The notes below the pieces were generated by a model. That model was not told the origin of the DNA and made no database searches. It saw nothing but the letters and a program-made list of their open reading frames with translations. From Amphiscolops sp. MND2022 (Eukaryota), in NCBI GenBank assembly GCA_964187785.1, contig OZ076409.1:27468001-27532000 (forward strand): a DNA stretch of 64,000 nucleotides, written 5' to 3'. This document shows positions 13,321 through 27,525 of the stretch, piece by piece (within the stretch, counting starts at the first letter, position 1; each line of letters begins with the position of its first letter). The position numbers and the translations under genes are program-made.

Positions 13321-14649
13321 TTTGGTGACATTAATATAACAATCCTGGGCCGGTCCAAGTTGGGGCCTGGTCATTCTTCCTAAGCTTTCAAAGGACACCT
13401 GTTTCACTTTTCTACCGTTTTCTCAGTGCCAAACATTACCCCAAGAAATAAGCCTGAATCTCCGAAACCACTTTTTACTCAATAGAAAGCACAAAAAATC
13501 CATTTTAAAGTTTTTTTCAGAAACGTCCCATAATGCCGAAAAACGGTTCAGCTCGCAAAACTACTTTTTCTATAACCAAGTTTATCTATGAGAGCGATCA
13601 GGGTACGCATAGACCAAATGAAAGTGTCGAGGAGACGCACAGAGCCCAAATAAGCTGAAAAGAGGTGTTTTCCACAATCATTAGGAAAAGTCGTCAGTTG
13701 CACAGGATCAGAGGGAAACATTTTTTTAACAAAAAACCTCAAAAAACTAAATATTGCAACAATATCCATAAATTTTTCCAAAGATCTTCGCAAAAAAATT
13801 CTCTTTTGGTAGGTCGCATAGTGGCGAAAAAATGGAAAGTGGCCAGCTTTGCTTCTGCTGAAAATAGAAAGAGTGAGTTCAGGTTTGTATAAAATCTGAA
13901 AAAGAGTCGCATAGTGCCAAAACATTTCGGAGGAAAATGCTTTGGTCTCCCCCTACTTTTGCAAACATAAAAAAGCTTTTGGTTCAGCGCGAGACTCGAA
14001 CCTTCGTACCTCTGTTTTTAGACCAGAAAATCCGCGTTAATCTTTAAGCCAAAAAGCAGTGAGACGTTTTTTGAGAAATTGAAGAACTTTTGGTAGAACC
14101 GTTTTGGAAAGATCAGGTTGTGTCGAAAAAAAACTGACGAAAAGACCTGACTATAGTCTCCCCTTTCTAAAGAAAACCGCCAACTACAAACAGGCTCGTA
14201 GCGAATTTGAAAGACAACGTTTTTTTCAACTTCATATGGTGTGCTAATTTGCCGTTTTTCAGTTTCAATCAATTTTCAAGAGCATATTGTTACTGAAGTG
14301 TGGAATCAAAAATTTCTCTGAAATGACTGGGTTACATTCTTGTCAAACGCTTCTCGTGCTTCTTTTTGAAAAACTGGACATTGAAAGTAGGGTTCTCCTT
14401 TTCTAGCTCGTTCAACTGAGTGAAATTCAAGTTTATTGTAAAACACTGGATGTTGCCTGATGTTGTAAAATATCACTTTTTTCTAATGTGAAGTTCAAGA
14501 CTGATTTTTTCAGTTTCTGGAATGGTTGGTTTCATGAAAACTAAACTGCATTAAATTGGAAAACAGACGTTGAATATACAAATGCAACACATTTTACCTC
14601 GCCTTTCCCGAGAAAAAACGAGAGAAGAGAAAGTAAATTCCTCCATTAT

Positions 14650-14862
14650 CAGGGGTGGACGCCGAATAAACACTTGTGCTTTTCTAAGTCGGCGCCCTTG
14701 TTCGGATACAAGGTAGCTTCTCCCCACATCAAACTATGGTACCATATTTGCAACCAAATGGTCAAGCAATGGTCGACTTGAAACTGTCTAACTGCTCACA
14801 GTTGCGCTTTTCTCCGCCAAAGGTGTTATTGTTTTGTAATGATCATATCACTAAGCTAGGAA
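14650..14862 (-). mobile_element. Partial copy of the tRNA-SINE family (see 27375-27730)
   Basis: Shares gtggacgc.gaataa, ctatggtaccatatttgca and cactaagctagg with the 27.4-27.7 kb copy. Confidence 0.7.
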
Positions 14863-16619
14863 GTTTTGAGACATTTAAACCTTTGGAAGATTCGAAACTT
14901 TTTCAAAGGAGTCAGAAGGTTGATACAGATTTTGAAATCAACAATCAATGTTGTCGGAGTTGCTTTTTCTGGTGTGATAATTTGCCTTTCCAATGATATC
15001 AGCTCAATCATAAATTCACATATCTTTCCAGTTTATGGTCGTAACTTGTTACATGTTCACTGAATAGAATGTCTGATACTTTATCTCCTCTGTTTCCACT
15101 TGTTTTTTATTACTACATATTGTAACAATTGTTTTCCCTGTTGTGATTTGTATTAATGTGATTTTCGAAGTACGGTATATACCATTTCATCTCCAATATG
15201 AGCCTATTGTATGCTTCATTCGCTGTTTTTACATTTTACATGCTTACCATCTTGTTCAGAAATGAACACGAAATTGGAAAACAGCCCTATTACGTCTGAA
15301 TTATTGCAATTCGTTGTCAAGATTGTGACTTTCATAACCAATATAAATTCCAACATTGGAAAACACGACTGTCACTCATAAAATATCACGCCAATCATAG
15401 AAATTTTGAATCACTCTTCGAAATATGCATACACAAACTATGCAGGCCAAACTATGTAAGCTTAGGCCTAAAAGCTCTCCAAAAAACACAACCTCTTACA
15501 CCTTTGAATAATTCTGCAAAAATTTGGGTCATTTCACTGCGTTCAATCTAGGCAAACAATTCATTTTGTTTTCATTTGTTGCGTTGATTAAGAATGGATT
15601 TGAAACACCTGTGTTTCTTAGCGTGAACTTGGCGCGTTTTGGCAGTGCCTTCGCCAATAAAAGTGCAAACGCAAAGCGGAAAACGGGCAATAAAAATAAA
15701 ATTGGTGATTGGACGCGTTGTCTGAGCGGCCGCGGTGGCGGTTATTTCGGGCAGCCACGTATATATTTCGCAACCTGCGCTCTATGCGTATATATATTTG
15801 GCTGTACTCCTGTTAATTTATCCTTCCAGGAAGCAAATTAGAAATACTATATGTGGTCCCATAACTGTCGGCCTCACGGACGGGATAAGCTAACGCCATG
15901 GTCAGCAGCCGCGTGCGTCAATAGCCTGTGCCATATACCATGGTGATAACATTCAATTGCTCATAGGTGCTGCCATGGTAAGTATCTAGCTAGAAATGGT
16001 ATAGCCACCGTCATTCGAATCATACCAAGCACATTATTCACTTGAGCGCTTCTTCCTTCAAAGTGTTTCGAGCGACACCTTTGCACGTTGATGAAATTTA
16101 CGGACAGAACCGCGCGCGTATTCTAGGAGTACGTAAGGCCACAAATGCCTATCATGTAATTAGAATGACTTTAACACTTTAGCACGAAGCACGAAAGTGG
16201 TTTACAGCTATACCTCAACTGAGAATTGCTACGTTGAAGAACAACCGATTGAACGCAAAGGTGCTTAATTTGATTTCAAAAACACGAACTGGAATTTCTC
16301 TACAAATAGGGAATGATTTCTTACATGAGTGCCTGTAAAATAGTGTAATACGTGAACCTGCTAACCAAGGTTGACCAAACACACTCACAACGCTATGATC
16401 ACAGAAAGATCATACCATGATCATGGCCATTTCATAATCATATCATGCCAAGACCTTACTGTGGCGACAATGTTTCATAGTATGAACATAGTAAGATCTA
16501 TAATGTTTCTTAGTAGGATCATAATATGAGAAAAGATGAAATCTATATTTAAAAAGATGGATGATGTTTGACATGACAACCTCCTCTAAACAAAGTTCCC
16601 AAATTGGTTACCGAGTCCA

Positions 16620-17120
16620 CAGGATAAGGATCTTTATCCTATATTTTTAAGAAGGCACTAAGCTCGTGAGATAAATAATAACGTCTAAGGAAAACAGTCT
16701 GGACAATACAACAAACAAAAAAACAGACGGGAAATGAGAATAACATCTAAAGGCAAGTCATGCTCATTGCCTATCTTTTAGAAGCATGAATAACGTCTAA
16801 GGAATAACGTCTAAAATGAAATATGTTAAAATAAAATAAGGAATGAGCATGACTTGGCTTTAGACGTTAATTCTATTGCATTGAGATGTTATTCCTTAGA
16901 TATTATTCCTGCTCGCCGGACAAATTGATGCTGAATTATGACGTTTAGACGTTAGAATAACTGAAAAAGGATCTAAACCAGTGTTTTTTATCTAGAGATG
17001 AAATAATTATTCCCCGATAAAACAGAGAATATCATCTAAAACCCGCGAGTTTTCCATCTTAGAATCTAGTCTTAAAATCGAAAAAATTCTACCTATCTAG
17101 CGGCTTCCGAAAACGCTGTG
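16620..17120. mobile_element. Degenerate MITE with GGAATAA(C/G)(G/A)TCTAA motifs (second copy ~22330-22830)
   Basis: Multiple aataacgtctaa motifs in both orientations, the same motif as in the insertion at 48485-49031. Confidence 0.5.
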
Positions 17121-19257
17121 CTGAAATGCGTCCTTATAAGTGTTACTATTTTTGTATTGAGTGTACTATTATAATACAACTCCTAAGGGGTCATTAAGGC
17201 AATCCTCAAAGCTTCCCCCCTGGAAAGTAACAAAAATAGTAACACTCTGTTTCTGGCCCAATTCTTAAAAAATGTTGACAGGTGAAAGCGATTTTTGAAA
17301 AAAAATTCTATCATGTTCAGTCATACCATGATCATAGTCCTGGCCATACTGACCATAATTTGAAGATGCTATCATCATACTATGGTGATCATTTGTACCA
17401 TGATCAAACTATGACGTAGTATGGTTCACCATTTTCGAATATGGGAGAATTTTTCTATGTTTAAGCCCCGATAACTACAAGTGCTCTTGAAATCCGTTTC
17501 AAGTCACAGTGTTTTGTTATTCCATTGATTTTGATTTCAATTCCAAGCTCAACCAAAGACTCTATTCTTTTTCTTTCTCTTCTATCTCGTGATTTTTTAT
17601 TTCTTTTTCCCGACCTCTGAATGAGAACAGTCAGGAGACTGGAAACCACGAGGGACTGTTTATCTGCAGCTCTAGAAACACAGTTTACTATTCCTACCAT
17701 TGGTCGCACATGGTCCAAGAAACAAGAGCGCGCTACTGCTCAGTGTAAATGTTTTACATAGCAATAAAATAACTATTGCGCAATTTTTGCATAACTCATG
17801 TTGTTTCCATCTGGAAAATTTTCAACCTCTCAGGGCAAAATTTGTTGGTGGTTGTAAGTGAAAGTTTCTCCTTTGCTTACACCACATACATAATGCGATG
17901 ACCATAATAAATGGTTCAGAAAATTACTAAAAAAAAAGTTTTTTTCAGAGCAAAGTTTAATCTGCATTCTTTAATTATTTCAAATTTTTCTAGCGCTTTC
18001 ATTAACCCGTCTTTTTCTCTTGTAAAAAATGAAAGAACATTTTTCATTGAAAATATGATGCGTAGCAGTGTCTTATTATAGAAAAATTATTTGCAGTTTA
18101 ATGGAAAATAATAATGAAAAATACCGACCGTGCGGTCTTATAGCGGGGAAAAGTGTGAAAAAACAAGCGGTATCTAGATTCGGCTGCTCATAGTTTACAA
18201 CTACTCCTCTCGTTCAACAACAGGCCTGTGTTGCGCTTCAACTGAAAACACGGGGAGGGGGTGTAAAATAGAATGAAATGACGAAGTAGTAGTGGCATGG
18301 TACGGAATAAATAAATGGAAAAGCGGGGAGTGAGGGATGAAATGAAATGAAAGAAAAGTGAAAAAGAGAGCGCAGGAATTTTTATTTGTTTCCAACTGAA
18401 TTTTTGCGTTGCTGTCTTTACGGCTACGGAGAAAACGGCTGCTGCTTCTTGGATTCGTTTCTTAGTTAACACTGAGCGTAACAACCAACTACTGCTAGCG
18501 CTAGTACTCGCTGTCTCCTCTTCTTAACAATTTTTCCCCTTTTTCCTTTCTTATTCTTTTTCTTTCTTTCTCATTCAACATCTTGTGTCCTCTACAATTG
18601 AGAGAAAGAAAATACGAGAAATATAATTTACTAGTTGTATTTCTATTTTACTTGCGCTTTTGTCATTGGCCGGAATATTGTGGATAGATTACACGCTATA
18701 TATTGAACTAGAAGCTGGGTTAGCCGCCGGTAGCCGATATCATTACCATTCTATTCCTTTTTTCCATTCTCTGCTACCCTCTTTCTCTACTGCAGCAGAC
18801 TTCGTTTCCATTCTAGTCCTATGCTTCTTTCCACAGTCTGCCAATAAACTCACGTGAAAAAATGTGCATTATCAACTGAACTCGAGCACCTTCTAAAACC
18901 ATTGGCAACTCTCTTTGCTACACCACGGCGGTTAATTTAGTTTAACCGTCCCTAAAAAACTTGAAAGCCTTTACTGCTGAATTTAAAAGGCACACAACGA
19001 AACTCCCATCAATTTTGTTTGCTGCTTGCAATATCAGGAGTCACAAGCTAAACATTCCTGAAATTGCCATCACAGTGGCAAAATCAAGTACAAGACACTT
19101 TGAATTTCAAATTACCGTCCCCCACATTTCTTCACTTCAACAATTGTTGCCCAAAGGTTCAGTTTTATTCTGCGAACTGTTACCGTCAATTGCTTAATAC
19201 AAAGTTTCTGTACCTCAATTTGATTCCATAATGGTTCGGTTCAATTAAAGTTCAACT

Positions 19258-19499
19258 GGGACTACGTCGCCGCTTCAGAAAAAAGTAAGTACGAGTGACA
19301 ATTTTGATAAGTGACTTGTCTAAAATGTAGTTTTCTAAATGACACGGCTGAAACTGGCGCAAATTGGACAGGAAAAAGGTTTACCTTTTGCATAACTAAA
19401 CTTCCCGACTGAATAAAAATTACAAGTGGGAAGATTTTTGCGAGTTCAATGAACCATTGCCGCAATATTTTTTACTCTGAAGCTGCGATTTGCAAACCT
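19258..19499. mobile_element. Small fold-back/MITE-like element (second copy ~24966-25207)
   Basis: Imperfect terminal inverted repeat gtcgccgcttcagaaaaaa ... tttttactctgaagctgcgat. Confidence 0.4.
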
Positions 19500-19762
19500 T
19501 TCCCAGCAAAAGTTTTCAGCTATCAAAAATGTAAACATTTAAGTAAAACTTCCTGCCGGGGGATTGATTTGAATATTTGTATTGATACATACGCTGTAGT
19601 AAATCAGACATGTAATAAAAAAAACTACGAACGAGATGAGCCAGAATCAAGAGTATGCAGGGCTATTTCTAAGCAGCTGACTTTTTTTTCGTATTTTTGC
19701 TTTTCGCGTTTCTCCCTAAAAGCAGGATCTACATCCCAAAAGCAAAAATTCGAAAGAAATTC

Positions 19763-19915
19763 GAAAATAAATAGCCAAAATGTCGAAAAAAGTCGAAAAT
19801 AAAAAAAACGAAAATAAATAGCCAAAATGTCAAAAAAAGTCGAAAATAAAAAAACAAAAATAAATAGCCAAAATGTCGAAAAAAGTCGAAAATAAAAAAA
19901 CGAAAATAAATAGCC
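19763..19915. repeat. ~47-bp minisatellite, ~3.3 copies (second copy ~25471-25623)
   Basis: gaaaataaatagccaaaatgtcgaaaaaagtcgaaaataaaaaaaac repeated head to tail. Confidence 0.9.
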
Positions 19916-20861
19916 GAACTCTACTTGGGAAGCCATGTTGTCAGCACTTGTAGCAGTGGATTTGAAAAAAAGTCATCACTTTGTACCATCCCAAGTTGAA
20001 GATGCTTGCGCTTTTTACATGTTTTTGGAGGTAACATGACCTTATAACTTCGGTCGAAAGCTTTCCATCTCAAAGTTGTATTGAGTTTCCCGATTACATA
20101 CAAAAGCGCCCCATTTTATAGTCTTAAGCGAACCTGCGCCTCGCATAAAATCGAGTTGAATTATTCTGCATTTAATTCAACGTAATTGAAGACACTTGTG
20201 GAAAGATGTAGTTATACACAATTTGATGTTTTCACACCTAATTAAACACCAGTTAAACTGCTAATTTTGGAACTTCGGAAAACTGATGTAATATTTTCGT
20301 ACTTTCGTAACAGTTAATGCATCGTTTTACAACGAAACACAGATAATTATTCAATTGTAGTCGCGAACATTAAAACCGTTGCGGGGAAGGAGTTATTAAA
20401 ACACTTGTCGCCTTCGATTAGGGTGCTTTTGACTGGGACGCTTTTGAATGCGTAATATGAGCGCTTTAGACGGGGGGGTTTAAGCGGTTTTGTTTTAGGT
20501 GCTTTTGTCTTGTAACCGGACTTCCATCATGCTGCCCGGAAGAAAGATCTAAAAAGTGACGGTTCTGGAGGTTTCAATATGCATCACTTCTATGTTAGCA
20601 TTTTTTGCCAACTTGATGCATTTAGCAATTTGAGACTTTTTGGAAGCTAGAATTAGCGTCATATTTGGCGTGCATTTTGAGTAACGGTGATAACATCAGT
20701 AGATAATTACATAGGAAAAAATGTCAAATCACAAAATCAGGGTGATCGGTTTTAAAAGGTCGTGGATTCATTTTCATTATTCATATTGCTTCCTTCCTTT
20801 TCGTTCTTTTTTGCAAAATTTTGCCAATATGTAATTGTATGTTCCGGTAGTTTTTTATATT

Positions 20862-20937
20862 GAGTTAGAAATAAGTATTCCGTCGTTAGAATCTATTCGA
20901 GTTAGAAATAAGTATTCCGTCGTTAGAATCTATTCGA
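20862..20937. repeat. 37-bp perfect tandem duplication (second copy ~26570-26645)
   Basis: gagttagaaataagtattccgtcgttagaatctattc x2. Confidence 0.9.
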
Positions 20938-21619
20938 AGACAATTCGAAGAAATGCAATCAAGGCGTGGGAATCTATGCTGAACAGTTTTCAAATTAGAG
21001 AGCGTTACATCTTGGTTTCATTGCATCGTCGCCCGGACCACAAAACCAACCAGAGTTCTCACTTTTTCAGTTTTTATTGACTCAAATGCGGTATGAAAAA
21101 TTTTGATACATTGAGGATTTTTGCAACTAGAGTTTTCAAAAAATTTTCCAGTACCAAAAGAAAAACCGATTAAAGTCAGATAACGTTTCAAAAAGTTGAT
21201 TTTTAATCAACATTAATCCGTTCAATTTTTATGAACTTACTGTTGTCAAATATGTTTTACTCTGACTGATTCTTTCATTTTGGTGGGTTTGGTCTTTAAA
21301 AAAAACTACTTCTAGCATGGGGTTTTTGTTTCTGTATGGCACAACTAGTCTTCACATTTTGGTTGTACTAAGTTTGGAATCTTTAGGAATGATGCTTGCA
21401 CTCTCTTTGAACTGCATGTCTGGCCAATCCGGGATTACTTTCTCTTAGAAATCTTAAGTGTCGTTTCCCTTATCATCAAATACGTTCAGATGAAATAAAT
21501 GTTACCCATGAAAATGTTCCCATAATAAGTTAGTATAACATGTCTATTAGACTAGCTGGTTAAAAGTTTCATGGAAAGAATATTTTTTTCTGGACGCAGT
21601 GATGATTGAATACAGAAGA

Positions 21620-21621
<2 letters not shown>

Positions 21622-21654
<33 letters not shown>

Positions 21655-21660
21655 AGAGAG
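21622..21660. repeat. (GA)n microsatellite (also 27330-27368), probably the SINE tail
   Basis: Direct reading of the sequence; it lies at the 3' end of the minus-strand SINE. Confidence 0.9.
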
Positions 21661-21816
21661 AAGTTAATTTCCCCATTACTACGTGGTGGACGCTGAATAA
21701 GCAGTTTTGCTTTTTTAAGTCGGTGCCCTTTCGGATACTATCTCCCCATACCAAGCTATGGTACCATATTTGCAGCCAAGTGGTCAAGCAATGGTGGGCT
21801 TGAAGCTGTGATTTTA

Positions 21817-24800
21817 ACGGACAGAACCGCGCGCGTATTCTAGGAGTACGTAAGGCCACAAATGCCTATCATGTAATTAGAATGACTTTAACACTTTAGC
21901 ACGAAAGTGGTTTACAGCTATACCTCAACTGAGAATTGCTACGTTGAAGAACAACCGATTGAACGCAAAGGTGCTTAATTTGATTTCAAAAACACGAACT
22001 GGAATTTCTCTACAAATAGGGAATGATTTCTTACATGAGTGCCTGTAAAATAGTGTAATACGTGAACCTGCTAACCAAGGTTGACCAAACACACTCACAA
22101 CGCTATGATCACAGAAAGATCATACCATGATCATGGCCATTTCATAATCATATCATGCCAAGACCTTACTGTGGCGACAATGTTTCATAGTATGAACATA
22201 GTAAGATCTATAATGTTTCTTAGTAGGATCATAATATGAGAAAAGATGAAATCTATATTTAAAAAGATGGATGATGTTTGACATGACAACCTCCTCTAAA
22301 CAAAGTTCCCAAATTGGTTACCGAGTCCACAGGATAAGGATCTTTATCCTATATTTTTAAGAAGGCACTAAGCTCGTGAGATAAATAATAACGTCTAAGG
22401 AAAACAGTCTGGACAATACAACAAACAAAAAAACAGACGGGAAATGAGAATAACATCTAAAGGCGAGTCATGCTCATTGCCTATCTTTTAGAAGCATGAA
22501 TAACGTCTAAGGAATAACGTCTAAAATGAAATATGTTAAAATAAAATAAGGAATGAGCATGACTTGGCTTTAGACGTTAATTCTATTGCATTGAGATGTT
22601 ATTCCTTAGATATTATTCCTGCTCGCCGGACAAATTGATGCTGAATTATGACGTTTAGACGTTAGAATAACTGAAAAAGGATCTAAACCAGTGTTTTTTA
22701 TCTAGAGATGAAATAATTATTCCCCGATAAAACAGAGAATATCATCTAAAACCCGCGAGTTTTCCATCTTAGAATCTAGTCTTAAAATCGAAAAAATTCT
22801 ACCTATCTAGCGGCTTCCGAAAACGCTGTGCTGAAATGCGTCCTTATAAGTGTTACTATTTTTGTATTGAGTGTACTATTATAATACAACTCCTAAGGGG
22901 TCATTAAGGCAATCCTCAAAGCTTCCCCCCTGGAAAGTAACAAAAATAGTAACACTCTGTTTCTGGCCCAATTCTTAAAAAATGTTGACAGGTGAAAGCG
23001 ATTTTTGAAAAAAAATTCTATCATGTTCAGTCATACCATGATCATAGTCCTGGCCATACTGACCATAATTTGAAGATGCTATCATCATACTATGGTGATC
23101 ATTTGTACCATGATCAAACTATGACGTAGTATGGTTCACCATTTTCGAATATGGGAGAATTTTTCTATGTTTAAGCCCCGATAACTACAAGTGCTCTTGA
23201 AATCCGTTTCAAGTCACAGTGTTTTGTTATTCCATTGATTTTGATTTCAATTCCAAGCTCAACCAAAGACTCTATTCTTTTTCTTTCTCTTCTATCTCGT
23301 GATTTTTTATTTCTTTTTCCCGACCTCTGAATGAGAACAGTCAGGAGACTGGAAACCACGAGGGACTGTTTATCTGCAGCTCTAGAAACACAGTTTACTA
23401 TTCCTACCATTGGTCGCACATGGTCCAAGAAACAAGAGCGCGCTACTGCTCAGTGTAAATGTTTTACATAGCAATAAAATAACTATTGCGCAATTTTTGC
23501 ATAACTCATGTTGTTTCCATCTGGAAAATTTTCAACCTCTCAGGGCAAAATTTGTTGGTGGTTGTAAGTGAAAGTTTCTCCTTTGCTTACACCACATACA
23601 TAATGCGATGACCATAATAAATGGTTCAGAAAATTACTAAAAAAAAGTTTTTTTCAGAGCAAAGTTTAATCTGCATTCTTTAATTATTTCAAATTTTTCT
23701 AGCGCTTTCATTAACCCGTCTTTTTCTCTTGTAAAAAATGAAAGAACATTTTTCATTGAAAATATGATGCGTAGCAGTGTCTTATTATAGAAAAATTATT
23801 TGCAGTTTAATGGAAAATAATAATGAAAAATACCGACCGTGCGGTCTTATAGCGGGGAAAAGTGTGAAAAACAAGCGGTATCTAGATTCGGCTGCTCATA
23901 GTTTACAACTACTCCTCTCGTTCAACAACAGGCCTGTGTTGCGCTTCAACTGAAAACACGGGGAGGGGGTGTAAAATAGAATGAAATGACGAAGTAGTAG
24001 TGGCATGGTACGGAATAAATAAATGGAAAAGCGGGGAGTGAGGGATGAAATGAAATGAAAGAAAAGTGAAAAAGAGAGCGCAGGAATTTTTATTTGTTTC
24101 CAACTGAATTTTTGCGTTGCTGTCTTTACGGCTACGGAGAAAACGGCTGCTGCTTCTTGGATTCGTTTCTTAGTTAACACTGAGCGTAACAACCAACTAC
24201 TGCTAGCGCTAGTACTCGCTGTCTCCTCTTCTTAACAATTTTTCCCCTTTTTCCTTTCTTATTCTTTTTCTTTCTTTCTCATTCAACATCTTGTGTCCTC
24301 TACAATTGAGAGAAAGAAAATACGAGAAATATAATTTACTAGTTGTATTTCTATTTTACTTGCGCTTTTGTCATTGGCCGGAATATTGTGGATAGATTAC
24401 ACGCTATATATTGAACTAGAAGCTGGGTTAGCCGCCGGTAGCCGATATCATTACCATTCTATTCCTTTTTTCCATTCTCTGCTACCCTCTTTCTCTACTG
24501 CAGCAGACTTCGTTTCCATTCTAGTCCTATGCTTCTTTCCACAGTCTGCCAATAAACTCACGTGAAAAAATGTGCATTATCAACTGAACTCGAGCACCTT
24601 CTAAAACCATTGGCAACTCTCTTTGCTACACCACGGCGGTTAATTTAGTTTAACCGTCCCTAAAAAACTTGAAAGCCTTTACTGCTGAATTTAAAAGGCA
24701 CACAACGAAACTCCCATCAATTTTGTTTGCTGCTTGCAATATCAGGAGTCACAAGCTAAACATTCCTGAAATTGCCATCACAGTGGCAAAATCAAGTACA

Positions 24801-27327
24801 AGACACTTTGAATTTCAAATTACCGTCCCCCACATTTCTTCACTTCAACAATTGTTGCCCAAAGGTTCAGTTTTATTCTGCGAACTGTTACCGTCAATTG
24901 CTTAATACAAAGTTTCTGTACCTCAATTTGATTCCATAATGGTTCGGTTCAATTAAAGTTCAACTGGGACTACGTCGCCGCTTCAGAAAAAAGTAAGTAC
25001 GAGTGACAATTTTGATAAGTGACTTGTCTAAAATGTAGTTTTCTAAATGACACGGCTGAAACTGGCGCAAATTGGACAGGAAAAAGGTTTACCTTTTGCA
25101 TAACTAAACTTCCCGACTGAATAAAAATTACAAGTGGGAAGATTTTTGCGAGTTCAATGAACCATTGCCGCAATATTTTTTACTCTGAAGCTGCGATTTG
25201 CAAACCTTTCCCAGCAAAAGTTTTCAGCTATCAAAAATGTAAACATTTAAGTAAAACTTCCTGCCGGGGGATTGATTTGAATATTTGTATTGATACATAC
25301 GCTGTAGTAAATCAGACATGTAATAAAAAAAACTACGAACGAGATGAGCCAGAATCAAGAGTATGCAGGGCTATTTCTAAGCAGCTGACTTTTTTTTCGT
25401 ATTTTTGCTTTTCGCGTTTCTCCCTAAAAGCAGGATCTACATCCCAAAAGCAAAAATTCGAAAGAAATTCGAAAATAAATAGCCAAAATGTCGAAAAAAG
25501 TCGAAAATAAAAAAAACGAAAATAAATAGCCAAAATGTCAAAAAAAGTCGAAAATAAAAAAACAAAAATAAATAGCCAAAATGTCGAAAAAAGTCGAAAA
25601 TAAAAAAACGAAAATAAATAGCCGAACTCTACTTGGGAAGCCATGTTGTCAGCACTTGTAGCAGTGGATTTGAAAAAAAGTCATCACTTTGTACCATCCC
25701 AAGTTGAAGATGCTTGCGCTTTTTACATGTTTTTGGAGGTAACATGACCTTATAACTTCGGTCGAAAGCTTTCCATCTCAAAGTTGTATTGAGTTTCCCG
25801 ATTACATACAAAAGCGCCCCATTTTATAGTCTTAAGCGAACCTGCGCCTCGCATAAAATCGAGTTGAATTATTCTGCATTTAATTCAACGTAATTGAAGA
25901 CACTTGTGGAAAGATGTAGTTATACACAATTTGATGTTTTCACACCTAATTAAACACCAGTTAAACTGCTAATTTTGGAACTTCGGAAAACTGATGTAAT
26001 ATTTTCGTACTTTCGTAACAGTTAATGCATCGTTTTACAACGAAACACAGATAATTATTCAATTGTAGTCGCGAACATTAAAACCGTTGCGGGGAAGGAG
26101 TTATTAAAACACTTGTCGCCTTCGATTAGGGTGCTTTTGACTGGGACGCTTTTGAATGCGTAATATGAGCGCTTTAGACGGGGGGGTTTAAGCGGTTTTG
26201 TTTTAGGTGCTTTTGTCTTGTAACCGGACTTCCATCATGCTGCCCGGAAGAAAGATCTAAAAAGTGACGGTTCTGGAGGTTTCAATATGCATCACTTCTA
26301 TGTTAGCATTTTTTGCCAACTTGATGCATTTAGCAATTTGAGACTTTTTGGAAGCTAGAATTAGCGTCATATTTGGCGTGCATTTTGAGTAACGGTGATA
26401 ACATCAGTAGATAATTACATAGGAAAAAATGTCAAATCACAAAATCAGGGTGATCGGTTTTAAAAGGTCGTGGATTCATTTTCATTATTCATATTGCTTC
26501 CTTCCTTTTCGTTCTTTTTTGCAAAATTTTGCCAATATGTAATTGTATGTTCCGGTAGTTTTTTATATTGAGTTAGAAATAAGTATTCCGTCGTTAGAAT
26601 CTATTCGAGTTAGAAATAAGTATTCCGTCGTTAGAATCTATTCGAAGACAATTCGAAGAAATGCAATCAAGGCGTGGGAATCTATGCTGAACAGTTTTCA
26701 AATTAGAGAGCGTTACATCTTGGTTTCATTGCATCGTCGCCCGGACCACAAAACCAACCAGAGTTCTCACTTTTTCAGTTTTTATTGACTCAAATGCGGT
26801 ATGAAAAATTTTGATACATTGAGGATTTTTGCAACTAGAGTTTTCAAAAAATTTTCCAGTACCAAAAGAAAAACCGATTAAAGTCAGATAACGTTTCAAA
26901 AAGTTGATTTTTAATCAACATTAATCCGTTCAATTTTTATGAACTTACTGTTGTCAAATATGTTTTACTCTGACTGATTCTTTCATTTTGGTGGGTTTGG
27001 TCTTTAAAAAAAACTACTTCTAGCATGGGGTTTTTGTTTCTGTATGGCACAACTAGTCTTCACATTTTGGTTGTACTCAGTTTGGAATCTTTAGGAATGA
27101 TGCTTGCACTCTCTTTGAACTGCATGTCTGGCCAATCCGGGATTACTTTCTCTTAGAAATCTTAAGTGTCGTTTCCCTTATCATCAAATACGTTCAGATG
27201 AAATAAATGTTACCCATGAAAATGTTCCCATAATAAGTTAGTATAACATGTCTATTAGACTAGCTGGTTAAAAGTTTCATGGAAAGAATATTTTTTTCTG
27301 GACGCAGTGATGATTGAATACAGAAGA

Positions 27328-27362
<35 letters not shown>

Positions 27363-27525
27363 AGAGAGAAGTTAATTTCCCCATTACTACGTGGTGGACG
27401 CTGAATAAGCAGTTTTGCTTTTTTAAGTCGGTGCCCTTTCGGATACTATCTCCCCATACCAAGCTATGGTACCATATTTGCAGCCAAGTGGTCAAGCAAT
27501 GGTGGGCTTGAAGCTGTGATTTTAA
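21817..27525. repeat. Tandem duplication unit 2 (~5.7 kb)
   Basis: Differences seen from unit 1: 2 substitutions, 2 A-run length changes and a 7-bp indel. Confidence 0.97.

Larger units (their letters stand above)
16100..21816. repeat. Tandem duplication unit 1 (~5.7 kb)
   Basis: Starts acggacagaaccgcg; nearly identical to 21817-27525; the ORF track repeats with an offset of 5708-5710. Confidence 0.97.

Noticed and set aside
17461..21080. Short ORFs conserved between the two 5.7-kb units as genes
   Set aside because: Their identity simply reflects the duplication; they are low-complexity with no recognisable domains.
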